Positions 54,549-64,000 of a DNA stretch of 64,000 nt are shown here, in pieces; position 1 is the stretch's first letter, and each line of letters begins with the position of its first letter. Source of the stretch: a virus. Below the pieces are notes generated by a model. That model was not told the origin of the DNA and searched no databases. It saw only the letters and a program-made list of their open reading frames with translations. Both the position numbers and the translations under genes were made by a program. The stretch spans positions 64,001 to 128,000 of the IMG/VR virus record IMGVR_UViG_3300042898_004347. One strand, written 5' to 3'.

Positions 54549-54652
54549 TCTGCAGATATACTAGACTGTCCGTAGGCAAAAGTAAATAGCTAAACTCACA
54601 GAATCTAGCGCGATTTTGCGCGACCCTTGACCATCAACAACTTAGGAAATTC

Positions 54653-56362
54653 TTACCTGCAGTAACTGAAGTTCTTTTCTTTGTAAAACTCGAGCTTTGC
54701 CTTAAATTTTCCATCCAATGCATCATGCTTATGGCTAATGATGAAGACGTTGGTGTCGCTTTCAAGCGTACCCAGAATTTTAATTAGATTCTCAACACCA
54801 TCAGCATCAAGAGAAGAATCAAACGTTTCATCCAACACCAAGAGATTTGTTGAGGTAGAATTCTTCATTCTAGCAATCTGTCTCCACGTGAATAGAAGAG
54901 CTAGGTCAATTCTGGATTTTTCACCTTCAGAGAATGACGAATAAGTGAATGAATCCCGATGCCGAGATTTAATGGTTTCCTCAAAGGATTCGTTAAGGTT
55001 AAAAGAAACGAAGAAGTCAAGAACCTGTAGGTAGTTATTGATCAGCTTATTCATGATGGGAAGATACTGACGAATAATCTTGGTTTTGATTCCAGTATCC
55101 TTCAACATTTCTGCAATAGCCTGATTGTACGTACCTTCCTCGTAATAACCAGCACGGCGGTTATTTAGGTCTGCTGAATTGGAATTAAAATCCGATAGGG
55201 CAGTTTCTGCAGAAGCAATGTCGGTATTCTTACTCTTGGCGGATTCAGCTTCCAGTAGTTTGATTTGCTTCTGGATTGAAGACACCGTCATATTGTTTGA
55301 AAAGATTATGTTATGCAGCTTTGAATAACCATTCAGCTTTTCGGTAGCAGCATTAATTTCATCGGCAACGGTATTCAGCTCATCAATAAGATCATTTCTT
55401 GCCTGAGACAGTTCATCGTTCTTTAGCTTTACCTTACCCAACTTTTCTTCCTTAAATGCCGCATCGAGCACCTGTGCACACGTTGGGCAATTATTGTTCT
55501 CCTCATAGAACTTGGCGTCACGGACCAATGCTTTAATCTTGGCTTCAATCTGAGTCTGATACGTTGCCAACTTACTCTTCATGTTTGTGAGCCTCAGCGA
55601 TTCTTTCTTTACGGCTTCAAGCTCATTACCTATGGTCTTATTGATGCCATCGTTTTCCGATATGAGCTCATCAATCTCCTTCTGAAGCTCTTGAATCTGT
55701 ATTACATTCTTTGCGACATTCTCGGCATCTAGATTCTTAAGGTCGCCAATGTACTTCTCCTGCATCTTAATCTTTTCACGAATAAGATCAATCTCATAGT
55801 TTGTATTGGTGAGGAGTTCTCTTAGCTTTGCACTACGTTCCTTGAGCACAATGTTCATCTTGGTGAAGATGTTAATGTCCAATAGATCCTCAATGACCTC
55901 TCTCCGAGCGTTATTGGGCAACTGCATGAAAGGGATGAATGACGACGAACCTAGCACCACGATCTGGTGAAATGACTTATGGTTCAGCTTGAGAATGTTT
56001 TGCTCAAGGATTTTCTGATAGTCTCGGCTGTGGGACTCCTGATTGATTAAGACTCCATTCTGGATAATCTCAAACTTATTAGGCTTGATTCCACGGGCGA
56101 CTTTAAATTCAGTCTGTCCAACACTAAATTCAACCTCAACCTCGCAATCACGATTATTGATTGAATTAAGAAGTTGTGGTTTCTTAATATCACGATGTGG
56201 CTTACCGAAAAGAGCAAAAGACAGGGCATCCAGCAAAGTAGATTTGCCAGAACCATTCTGACCAACAATCAGAGTGGATGGAGATGCATCAAGCTCAATT
56301 GTGGTAAACTTATCTCCAGTCGAAAGGAAATTTCTGTATTTGCAACGCTTAAAGACGATCAT
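54653..56362 (-). CDS. 46: Recombination endonuclease subunit gp46 (Rad50-like)
   Basis: GQNGSGKS, CPTC hook, FSEGE, LDE. Confidence 0.96.
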   Translation of the reverse strand: MIVFKRCKYRNFLSTGDKFTTIELDASPSTLIVGQNGSGKSTLLDALSFALFGKPHRDIKKPQLLNSINNRDCEVEVEFSVGQTEFKVARGIKPNKFEIIQNGVLINQESHSRDYQKILEQNILKLNHKSFHQIVVLGSSSFIPFMQLPNNARREVIEDLLDINIFTKMNIVLKERSAKLRELLTNTNYEIDLIREKIKMQEKYIGDLKNLDAENVAKNVIQIQELQKEIDELISENDGINKTIGNELEAVKKESLRLTNMKSKLATYQTQIEAKIKALVRDAKFYEENNNCPTCAQVLDAAFKEEKLGKVKLKNDELSQARNDLIDELNTVADEINAATEKLNGYSKLHNIIFSNNMTVSSIQKQIKLLEAESAKSKNTDIASAETALSDFNSNSADLNNRRAGYYEEGTYNQAIAEMLKDTGIKTKIIRQYLPIMNKLINNYLQVLDFFVSFNLNESFEETIKSRHRDSFTYSSFSEGEKSRIDLALLFTWRQIARMKNSTSTNLLVLDETFDSSLDADGVENLIKILGTLESDTNVFIISHKHDALDGKFKAKLEFYKEKNFSYCR

Positions 56363-57423
56363 GCTGTTTCTAGATTCTGAGCTTCAATGAATAATTCGCG
56401 AAGGCGTGTTTTAATAACATCTTTGTCCAGGTCCGTCTGAGTAGCATCGACATATGCGCCAATAAGCTCAGAAGTATCTGACACTTTCTCCAGGTCTTCG
56501 CTATCCACATTTGATCCCAGAAATTCATCAAAGTTCTCTGCAATTTTAATTTCAAAGACGTCTTGCTTTTGAATACGATCCAGAAATCGATCAAACGCAA
56601 AGAGATCAGACTTATTAACCACAAGAATTTTAATAAATTTATGACGTAGATCAGTAACATCGTAACCATCATAGTCAAATTCTTTATCGTTGTAAATGAT
56701 TTTAGTAAAGATTGTCAGCGGATTTAGTACTGGAGTCAGCTCTCGAGTTTCAGTATCAAACACGTGAAAAAATTTAGGATCATCCACATCTGACCAAAAC
56801 ATTTCAAACTGAGTACCAAGATAATTGATATTGCCCTTGGTAGACTTAGTATGGTAGTGTCCAGAGAGAACCATTTCAAATCGACTAAATGGATCTGTTG
56901 GCATTCCATGAGAGCATGGCATACCTTTCATCATTTCAAATCCTTCAAGTTCTAGATGTGCACCAAGAATAGATGCCTCACACGTTTCCACAAACTTCAT
57001 GGAGTCTGCATAGTTCTCAGGATTAATCCATGGAAGCATTGCAATCTTGCAGCCAGCGTAATCCATCACCTTTGGCTCCATGATAATGTTTACGTTCTCA
57101 ACGAAATAACCCAGCAATTCCTTTAAGGAACATAGTTCATTCGTGTTCTTATAAACCACATCATGATTGCCCGGAATGATGTCCATCGACATTCCATTTT
57201 CACGCAGCGGTTCCAGGAACGTCTTGCGCGAATGATGAAGGGCTTTAAAGTTAATGTATTTCCGATGATCGTAGAAATCACCCAGATGGATAATCTGCTT
57301 TATGCCATTCTCTTTGCAATATGGAAAGAAGACATCAGAATAAAACTTTCCGATGTAATTAAGAAATACGTCTGAAGCATTTCTTGCTCCAGTATGGGTG
57401 TCATTCAGAATTGCCAGTTTCAT
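56359..57423 (-). CDS. 47: Recombination endonuclease subunit gp47 (Mre11-like)
   Basis: DTH, HLGD, GNHD, SGHYH. Confidence 0.96.
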   Translation of the reverse strand: MKLAILNDTHTGARNASDVFLNYIGKFYSDVFFPYCKENGIKQIIHLGDFYDHRKYINFKALHHSRKTFLEPLRENGMSMDIIPGNHDVVYKNTNELCSLKELLGYFVENVNIIMEPKVMDYAGCKIAMLPWINPENYADSMKFVETCEASILGAHLELEGFEMMKGMPCSHGMPTDPFSRFEMVLSGHYHTKSTKGNINYLGTQFEMFWSDVDDPKFFHVFDTETRELTPVLNPLTIFTKIIYNDKEFDYDGYDVTDLRHKFIKILVVNKSDLFAFDRFLDRIQKQDVFEIKIAENFDEFLGSNVDSEDLEKVSDTSELIGAYVDATQTDLDKDVIKTRLRELFIEAQNLETA

Positions 57424-58040
57424 TCAGAAGGCATGAAGAACTCAAGGTCAGTCTTAGCTTTCTTTTTAAACTGTTTGATGGCAATATCAGTTTCTTTGAC
57501 CTTGCCAATACGCTTCTTTAGCACATCGATAAAGCCATCAGCATAACCACTCATGATGTCTTGTCCATCGATTGATTGAGACATGAAATCTTCAATGCCA
57601 GCGTGTTCAATGTAACGGAACTTAATGTCCTGCTGTTTCTTCTCCTTCATGATACGGCGAATGAAGGCATAGTAATTGATCTGAGTAAAATAGGCAAATG
57701 CATTTGGAGAACCAGTACGAGTGGCTGCTTCCACATTGTAATTCATAATGGCTTTAATGCAGTTCTCAACGCCATCCATCACCATCTCTTCGCGATAGGT
57801 ATATCTCACAAAGTTTGGCTTATGAGATAGACCTTCAGCAATGCGAAGAAAACACCGCCCAATGTATTCGGTAATACGAGGAATCTCGGTATTAGTCGCC
57901 TTGGCTTTCTTGACTAGATTTACATAGTCAACGACTGCCTGAGAGAACTCTTTATTATTCACGTAATGCACGCCCGCACGCTTTGCTGCGATCGTCATTT
58001 TAGGTTTCACATTCGGGTCTAAATTATCAGTGGTACTCAT
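57420..58040 (-). CDS. 55: Late sigma factor gp55
   Basis: HYVNNKEF, PNF..Y.YREEM..DG.ENC, NAFAYFTQI. Confidence 0.95.
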   Translation of the reverse strand: MSTTDNLDPNVKPKMTIAAKRAGVHYVNNKEFSQAVVDYVNLVKKAKATNTEIPRITEYIGRCFLRIAEGLSHKPNFVRYTYREEMVMDGVENCIKAIMNYNVEAATRTGSPNAFAYFTQINYYAFIRRIMKEKKQQDIKFRYIEHAGIEDFMSQSIDGQDIMSGYADGFIDVLKKRIGKVKETDIAIKQFKKKAKTDLEFFMPSE

Positions 58041-58214
58041 TATAAAATTATGGTGTAGTCATTTATCAGAATCAATCTAACATATCAAGCTTGAATTGTA
58101 AACACTTAGTTTTAAGTTTTTGTGTAAAACTAAATGATGTTCATGTACAATTAAGATGTACACATTGGCTCATCATTCTTATAATCTATCTCTGTTCACT
58201 TAACAGTATTAGGA

Positions 58215-58613
58215 TTAACTATTAAATCTTTCCTTAGGATCAATCTTAAAGTTAAGGTCGTCCCATGGATTTTTAAAAGATTTGCTGGCTTTCTGTTTTA
58301 TAGAAGGATCTTTCGATTCAGTTTCAAAGTGATGAGAAACAATCTCCGAGTATTGCTCCTTGATTTCATCGTTTGGAATTGCAGCACTCAGCACGTGGTC
58401 TTTACGAATCATATGGACTCGAGAGCTGGCTCCAAGAAACCAAGGAGAATAATATGTGGAGGAACGAATTCCATCAACAGTTGAAACGCTGATCGTGTTT
58501 ACTTGAACAGGATCACGAACCAACATATTTTTATCCGTATCAGATAGCACCTGACACACAATCGTATCTCCTGAGGTGAGCTTAAAAATGACTGCAAGAT
58601 CGTAGAGACTCAT
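58215..58613 (-). CDS. Conserved Sm-like hypothetical protein
   Basis: KL.SGD.I motif; synteny after uvsW. Confidence 0.65.
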   Translation of the reverse strand: MSLYDLAVIFKLTSGDTIVCQVLSDTDKNMLVRDPVQVNTISVSTVDGIRSSTYYSPWFLGASSRVHMIRKDHVLSAAIPNDEIKEQYSEIVSHHFETESKDPSIKQKASKSFKNPWDDLNFKIDPKERFNS

Positions 58614-60133
58614 AGCGCCACCTCATGGATTACATAGTTAAACTTTTCTTTTGAATACAACTTGATTCTTTCCGATGCATGATCCAGCGTATAGTTGCGT
58701 GACTTCTTCCAGTGCAGGTCATCAGCAATGTCAAATACCTTTGTGGCAACGCCGTTATCAGATTTACGAAGCCCACGTCCAATAGATTGAAGAATACGAA
58801 TCTGAGATTTTGAAGGAGAGGCAAACACGATGTTATGCAGATTACGTATATTTATACCCGTAGAAAACGTACCCATAGAAGCCACAATGATTGCATCCTT
58901 TTCGCCCTCGGTAATCTCACGAATACGTTCACGTTCATCAGTATCTACTCCGCCCGACACAAAAAAGAGTTTGCGAGTCCGTCGGGGCAATTCATTTAAC
59001 TTTTTATCGATTAGATCGTACAATGGTTTGCCATGCTTTTCGACGTAATTATAAAGGATCAACGTATTGCCTTCCTGCGCCAATGCTAGATTGCGAATAA
59101 ATTTATTTCGCGGTGCATGAGACACGATAAAATCAATCTCAGCCTGATAATCGAATTGCTTTGCTGCCTGACATAACTCGTCACTATACTTCATCAATAA
59201 TACCGAAATGTCAAGATCTGAAAGAGCGTTCTGTTCAATAAGAGTTTTTGTGGTAGTCACCTGATAGACGGGACCAAATAATCCTTCAAGTACAAGCTTA
59301 TGTGTTTGAGTTCCATCCAATGTGCCAGTAGTACCAATGCGAAATTTAGCATCTCTTAGTTTCTCTAGAATTGCTGCCAATGATTTGGCTTTAAAGTTGT
59401 GAGCTTCATCTCCAATGACCATGCCATACGGTTCGAACCATGTGGCCTGCATCTTATAGATGGACTGCCATGTGGTAATAATTACACGCTGGCTAATGTT
59501 GATTTTCTCTTTACCCGAATAGATTCTATGGCATGTTTCCTCAACACCCCACGTTTCATCGAGTGTGGCATAATCTGCAAAGTCCTTATACATCTGTTCC
59601 ACGAGGGAAGTTGTTGGCACAATCAGCAGTACTTTTTTATCGTATTTGGAAAGATACCATCGAATTAGAATGTAGATGATGAGTGACTTACCCGAGGCGG
59701 TGGGACTCAGCAGCAGTGCTCTCCAATTTGTGAGTGCATGCATTACTGCCTCAACCTGATACTCTCGTGGATCAATCGATTTACCGTGAGCATACAGATT
59801 CAGGCTCGCAATGAATTGAGCCAGTTCATTTGAGTCAATCAGTTCTTGAGAGTTTGGTCTTCCGTAGTATGGATCATCCACCCATTCTACTTCACATTTT
59901 CTAACCTCAGCAAACTCTTTGATGTAGGGAATTAAACCGCCATAGATTGTCTTGAGTCGAGAATCAAAGAGACGAATCTTTCCATCCCATACCTTATTAC
60001 GGTATGCTGGCATAAACTTATAGCCAGGAACGAAGAAAGTAAAAAAGTCAGACAGTTCATTTGCAACAGATGGATCACAGTCCACCCGAACAAATACCTC
60101 ATTCTTCTTCTGGATCTTAATAAGATCGCTCAT
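58610..60133 (-). CDS. uvsW: SF2 helicase UvsW
   Basis: SPTASGKS, DEAH, TGT, QSIGRGLR. Confidence 0.96.
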   Translation of the reverse strand: MSDLIKIQKKNEVFVRVDCDPSVANELSDFFTFFVPGYKFMPAYRNKVWDGKIRLFDSRLKTIYGGLIPYIKEFAEVRKCEVEWVDDPYYGRPNSQELIDSNELAQFIASLNLYAHGKSIDPREYQVEAVMHALTNWRALLLSPTASGKSLIIYILIRWYLSKYDKKVLLIVPTTSLVEQMYKDFADYATLDETWGVEETCHRIYSGKEKINISQRVIITTWQSIYKMQATWFEPYGMVIGDEAHNFKAKSLAAILEKLRDAKFRIGTTGTLDGTQTHKLVLEGLFGPVYQVTTTKTLIEQNALSDLDISVLLMKYSDELCQAAKQFDYQAEIDFIVSHAPRNKFIRNLALAQEGNTLILYNYVEKHGKPLYDLIDKKLNELPRRTRKLFFVSGGVDTDERERIREITEGEKDAIIVASMGTFSTGINIRNLHNIVFASPSKSQIRILQSIGRGLRKSDNGVATKVFDIADDLHWKKSRNYTLDHASERIKLYSKEKFNYVIHEVAL

Positions 60134-60576
60134 GCTCCGGATGTAAACTTGCGCCAGTCAATCATGTTCTTAATATGAGTATGGCGCCAGCGCAGAGTAC
60201 CCATAATCTCCTCAAGCGTTTCTACCAGAGTTTTGAGATAGATAATCTTTTCTTCTGACTTCTGAAGCTCAGGATCAGCATTAAAATAATACTCAAGGTC
60301 CGTCTTCATGATCTTAAGACCGTTGAATGGATCAAATGGCCAACCACGAGTGGCAATCTCAGCCTGATCCATCTTACCGTTGAAGTAGAGCCATTTGTCC
60401 TTTAAAAGGATCTTTTGTTCAAGCTCTTTCTTCTTTAGCTGAAGTTTCGTAATCGAGATAAGTTCCAGGTATTTACCATGGATCTTTGCAATTTTCTGAG
60501 AAGATTCATCGAGATTCATCTCATCAATCTCAGAATCCTTTTTCCACATTTCAATCAAACCATCAAGTGTAATCAT
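60130..60576 (-). CDS. uvsY: Recombination mediator UvsY
   Basis: W..DS.ID..., IKNMIDW.KF. Confidence 0.92.
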   Translation of the reverse strand: MITLDGLIEMWKKDSEIDEMNLDESSQKIAKIHGKYLELISITKLQLKKKELEQKILLKDKWLYFNGKMDQAEIATRGWPFDPFNGLKIMKTDLEYYFNADPELQKSEEKIIYLKTLVETLEEIMGTLRWRHTHIKNMIDWRKFTSGA

Positions 60577-60605
60577 AATATAATAGAAGTATTTATCTTA
60601 AATTT

Positions 60606-61073
60606 TTAGGTCAGAAATTCGAAGTAGGTATATTCCAACTGAGCATCCAACGTCACATATTCCACATCCGTGTTTTGAGTATGCAGTTCAAGTTCACCCA
60701 GAGAAACTGGAAATGCATCAACATAACGAATCTTTTTTGTAATGTTATTATGACTCGACATAATGTGAAGGATCACATCGCATTTCTTAAATGTTGATTC
60801 AACGGAATTCAGTTTCATCCAGTTAAAAATCTCAATGTAATTCTCCATATTCTCCGAGACCATGAACTTCATAGTGAATGCAGGATATTCAATGCGGTCA
60901 CCCGAGATTCTATTTTGATTGCCACGCCATGGCATATTCACGGGCGTCAGCGAAATTCCAGGAACTGTGGCATGAGTACAGAAATACTCGAGATTTGAAA
61001 ATTCCTGAGAATTGATAACCACCTTAAACCCGGTGGGACTCAGGTAGTTTTTATTTGTGGTAAGGTTATTCAT
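60606..61073 (-). CDS. 3: Tail completion/tube terminator gp3-like
   Basis: NYLSPTGF, E.M.NY.EI..W, DAFP.SL; late promoter at 61081-61088. Confidence 0.85.
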   Translation of the reverse strand: MNNLTTNKNYLSPTGFKVVINSQEFSNLEYFCTHATVPGISLTPVNMPWRGNQNRISGDRIEYPAFTMKFMVSENMENYIEIFNWMKLNSVESTFKKCDVILHIMSSHNNITKKIRYVDAFPVSLGELELHTQNTDVEYVTLDAQLEYTYFEFLT

Positions 61074-61091
61074 ACATCTATATTTATAGGC

Positions 61092-61120
61092 AAAAAAAGG
61101 GGCTCCTTTCGGAGCCCCTT
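61092..61120 (-). terminator. Terminator after gp23
   Basis: AAGGGGCTCC-gaaa-GGAGCCCCTT followed by U's. Confidence 0.9.
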
Positions 61121-61149
61121 CTCAAAGTATTTAAAATACTTAAACGTAA

Positions 61150-62508
61150 TTACGTGTCGAGCAGACCCTTTACGCCGAAGATACGGAAGTATTTATTCGA
61201 GCGATTTGTGCCAACGCCGTTCACTGGGGCAGACTCAGCGAATGGATTTGCAACCATGCCGTAACGAGTCTTGAACCCGATACGTGGTTGGAAATCAGCC
61301 GGATTTACTGCGCGTACCATTGTGAGTGGGACGTATGGAGCATAGAACATACCCGCATCATACGGATTTGTACCACGGTATCCAACAGTGACATAATCAT
61401 CCGTTGCATATGGATCGATATAAACCTTGGTACGACCATTGAGAACACCAGCAAAGGTGCTACCAGTGTCGTCAACTTCGAGGTTAGTCGAAAGAGCTGG
61501 GGTATAGTCAAGAACGCCAGCAGCAACAAGAGCTGAAGCAACGTCGCTTGAGCAAAGGATGAAATTACCCTTACCACGACGTGTAGCTTTTGCAATTGCA
61601 TTGGCTTCGCGTTCGATTTGAAGGATCATACCCTTGAACTTTTCAACAGACCAACGACCATCAACATCGGTCGTCAAGTTAACTACACCTGGGACGGTGC
61701 AATTTGCAGACTGTGCACCAAGGATCGCCTTGATGTTGATCGTGCGAATGACTTCGCGATTGATTTCCGCAAGGATTTCAGCCGAGAGGATGTTAGCGAG
61801 CTCTGACTCAGCATCGAGACCGTGAACGGCCTTCAAGTCCTGAGCGAGTTCCATTGTGTACTCGGCCTTGAGGGCGCGTGTACGGGCAGTGACCGTTGCT
61901 TTCTCGATTGAGAAGGCCATTTCGCCGAAAGCCGCACCTGAACCGCCGAGTGCTTCTGACTGCGCTGTGGTCATACCATGAGCACCTGCATCGCCAGTAA
62001 TGAATGCATCACTGACTTTATCAGTGTTAGCATCTGTTGCAGCGATCGAGGAGGCTGTACCGCCCAAACCAGATGAAGGACCACCGTTGACCACGGCAGA
62101 ACCACTTGAATTGAGACCAGAGAAGCCAGCATCAGCTTCATTGAAGAGAGCTTCTGTGCCATCCTGTGTTGCGTACTTGCTCTTCATTGCGAAGATCAGG
62201 CCAGTTGGGCCAGACATTGGTTGAACGCCAGCAATATCATAGGCGATCAGGTTTGGCATTGAACGGCGAACGAGGCTGATCAGGATTGGATCCCAATTTG
62301 CGACGCCGGCGGCGGTCACTGAATTGACAGGAGTTGCCTCGTGCAATGATTGAAAAGAATTAGCCGAGCGTTCTTCGCGGAGGGCTTTTTCTTGATTTTC
62401 CAGCACCACGGCTGTAACAGCGCGGCGATAGTTGTCTTTGATTGAAGGAAGATCCTTATGGTTGATGATAGGATTCCACTTCTCTTGAAGTAATTCTGAA
62501 TTATACAT
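61150..62508 (-). CDS. 23: Major capsid protein gp23
   Basis: GVQPMSGPTGLIFAM, RALKAEYT.ELAQDLKAVHGLDAE, GFKTRYG. Confidence 0.98.
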   Translation of the reverse strand: MYNSELLQEKWNPIINHKDLPSIKDNYRRAVTAVVLENQEKALREERSANSFQSLHEATPVNSVTAAGVANWDPILISLVRRSMPNLIAYDIAGVQPMSGPTGLIFAMKSKYATQDGTEALFNEADAGFSGLNSSGSAVVNGGPSSGLGGTASSIAATDANTDKVSDAFITGDAGAHGMTTAQSEALGGSGAAFGEMAFSIEKATVTARTRALKAEYTMELAQDLKAVHGLDAESELANILSAEILAEINREVIRTINIKAILGAQSANCTVPGVVNLTTDVDGRWSVEKFKGMILQIEREANAIAKATRRGKGNFILCSSDVASALVAAGVLDYTPALSTNLEVDDTGSTFAGVLNGRTKVYIDPYATDDYVTVGYRGTNPYDAGMFYAPYVPLTMVRAVNPADFQPRIGFKTRYGMVANPFAESAPVNGVGTNRSNKYFRIFGVKGLLDT

Positions 62509-62538
62509 GTTAGTTTAGTTTAAATCTACTACTGTAGA

Positions 62539-63885
62539 TTATTTAAGTGTTCGGGTAATTGCTGAAGAATATGCTGCCATTAATGGGTTTAGATTTTCAT
62601 CTAAACTGGATTCACTAAGAGTGACTGCTTCTTCTGTTTGTACTTTTGCTTTAACAACCTTACGAAAGAACGATTCTTTGATGCCTTGAACTTTCTTAGT
62701 GAAAGACTCTGCATCTTCAAAATCAATTTCTGATGTAAGAGAATTGAACTTGACTGCTTCTGTTGAAGCAAGACCTACTGAAGCCTCAGCAAGGATCTGT
62801 TCGCGCTTTAACGCGCCTACAGACTCATTGAGTTTCATATTGGATTCCGTGGCCTTCATCAGCTGTTCTTCGAGGGAAGCAACGTTCTTGGTGAGAGTAT
62901 CAACAAGATTTTCCTTACCTTCTGGAACTTCGATGTAGCTTTCCTTGAATACGTTTTTCAACGCACCAATGAAATTCTCCGCGATCTCGGTACGCAGACC
63001 AGATTCGATTGCGACTTTGTTCTCTTCCATCCAGGTCTTTACCACATAGCTAAGATAGCTATCAACCTTCTCGGAGAGAGCTGAAGCCATTTTTGTGGTT
63101 TCTTCTTCCAATTGAGTTTGGTAATTTTCCTCGATGCGAGAGACTTCTTCCGCAAGTTTCGTCTTTACTGCAGACTCGAAAAGTGAAGATGCCTTAGAAC
63201 GGAAAGCTTCGGACAGTGACTTTTCAGCCTGGAGAAGAACATCAAGGTTTTCCTTGACTTCCTCTTCATCGTCGTCTTCTTTCTCTTTCTTTTCGTCTTC
63301 ACCCTTTTCATCGTCGGCCATTGGCATTTCTGCATCTTTCGGTGCATCCGCCGCTGGTTCTGCTGCCATCTTTTCTGCTGAATCGTCCTCGGGTTTTGCG
63401 GGGTCTTCAGCCTTTGACATCTCTTTTGGAGTTGTCATTGTGCTGTAGGCGCTCGCTAGATCCTCGGTCTTCATTGTTGAGAGATGCTGATACATCGCAT
63501 TAATGAGTCCAGCTTTGGTCTGGGGCACTTCTGCTTTAGGAGCCGCAGCAATTGCTGCGTTCACTGAATCAGCTGCCTTTTGAACATCTGGTGCAAGTGC
63601 CGGCGCCTCAGGAACTCCCTGAGTGTGTGGCGCCATCGCCACAGGTGCTGCACTTACAGCGGCTGCAACTGCATCGAATTCTGGTTTTACAGGATCCGCT
63701 TCAGGAGCATCCACCGGTACTGCATTTGCTACTGGAGCATCCGCGGTACCTTCTTTGTCATCAAGCTTCTTCTTGCCTTGTTCCTCGCCAGAAACTTCAA
63801 CGTCTTCAACGAGTCCATCAGCAAGTAGTTCTTCAACAGTGATGTCTTCAATGAGATCAACTTGACCTTTTGATTTTAATGACAT
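62539..63885 (-). CDS. 22: Prohead core scaffold gp22
   Basis: LSE.F..KA..LFE.AV, YL.YVV..WMEEN..AIE.GLRTEIAE.F. Confidence 0.93.
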   Translation of the reverse strand: MSLKSKGQVDLIEDITVEELLADGLVEDVEVSGEEQGKKKLDDKEGTADAPVANAVPVDAPEADPVKPEFDAVAAAVSAAPVAMAPHTQGVPEAPALAPDVQKAADSVNAAIAAAPKAEVPQTKAGLINAMYQHLSTMKTEDLASAYSTMTTPKEMSKAEDPAKPEDDSAEKMAAEPAADAPKDAEMPMADDEKGEDEKKEKEDDDEEEVKENLDVLLQAEKSLSEAFRSKASSLFESAVKTKLAEEVSRIEENYQTQLEEETTKMASALSEKVDSYLSYVVKTWMEENKVAIESGLRTEIAENFIGALKNVFKESYIEVPEGKENLVDTLTKNVASLEEQLMKATESNMKLNESVGALKREQILAEASVGLASTEAVKFNSLTSEIDFEDAESFTKKVQGIKESFFRKVVKAKVQTEEAVTLSESSLDENLNPLMAAYSSAITRTLK

Positions 63886-63910
63886 ATATTTTAGATAGCC
63901 TACTATAATA

Positions 63911-64000
63911 TTATAGTGGTTGGAGTTTAGAGAGGACACCCAGCATTGAATGCTTGATATCAGTCTCAGTTAATTCACAATTCACCTTAGATGATTTCAC
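63911..64000 (-). CDS. C-terminus of upstream gene, probably prohead protease gp21 (partial)
   Basis: Open frame ending ...VLSKLQPL-stop; synteny only. Confidence 0.45.
   Translation of the reverse strand: MKSSKVNCELTETDIKHSMLGVLSKLQPL

Noticed and set aside
43767-63865. Numerous plus-strand shadow ORFs opposite core genes
   Set aside because: They are antisense to well-conserved genes and carry no motifs.

Overview
Segment of a large T4-like (Far-T4/cyanomyovirus-type gene order) myophage genome, almost all on the minus strand. Host is unknown; a PVC-type ferredoxin hints at Verrucomicrobia. Left to right: (1) 1-6450, a dense RNA island with tmRNA, 22 CCA-encoding tRNAs, two truncated 5' half-tRNAs, two AT-rich PD-(D/E)XK homing endonucleases, and two large plus several small structured non-tRNA RNAs. 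The island is headed by an apparent ribosome-mediated attenuator whose 30-codon leader peptide contains 19 of the 20 amino acids. (2) HNH, ClpP-like, exonuclease, phoH, rnh, nrdAB. (3) A block of probable internal-head proteins, including an inverted His-rich operon (ligase-fold, HAD phosphatase, HxGH nucleotidyltransferase). (4) Early hypothetical genes behind T4-type early promoters with phased IHF-consensus sites. (5) thyX, gp41, uvsX, and a cytosine hypermodification cluster built on a gp42-like dCMP hydroxymethylase. (6) gp43, hsp20, regA, gp62/44/45, cobS/cobT-like, gp46/47, gp55, uvsW, uvsY, gp3, gp23, gp22. All calls are by-eye motif recognition; no searches were run.
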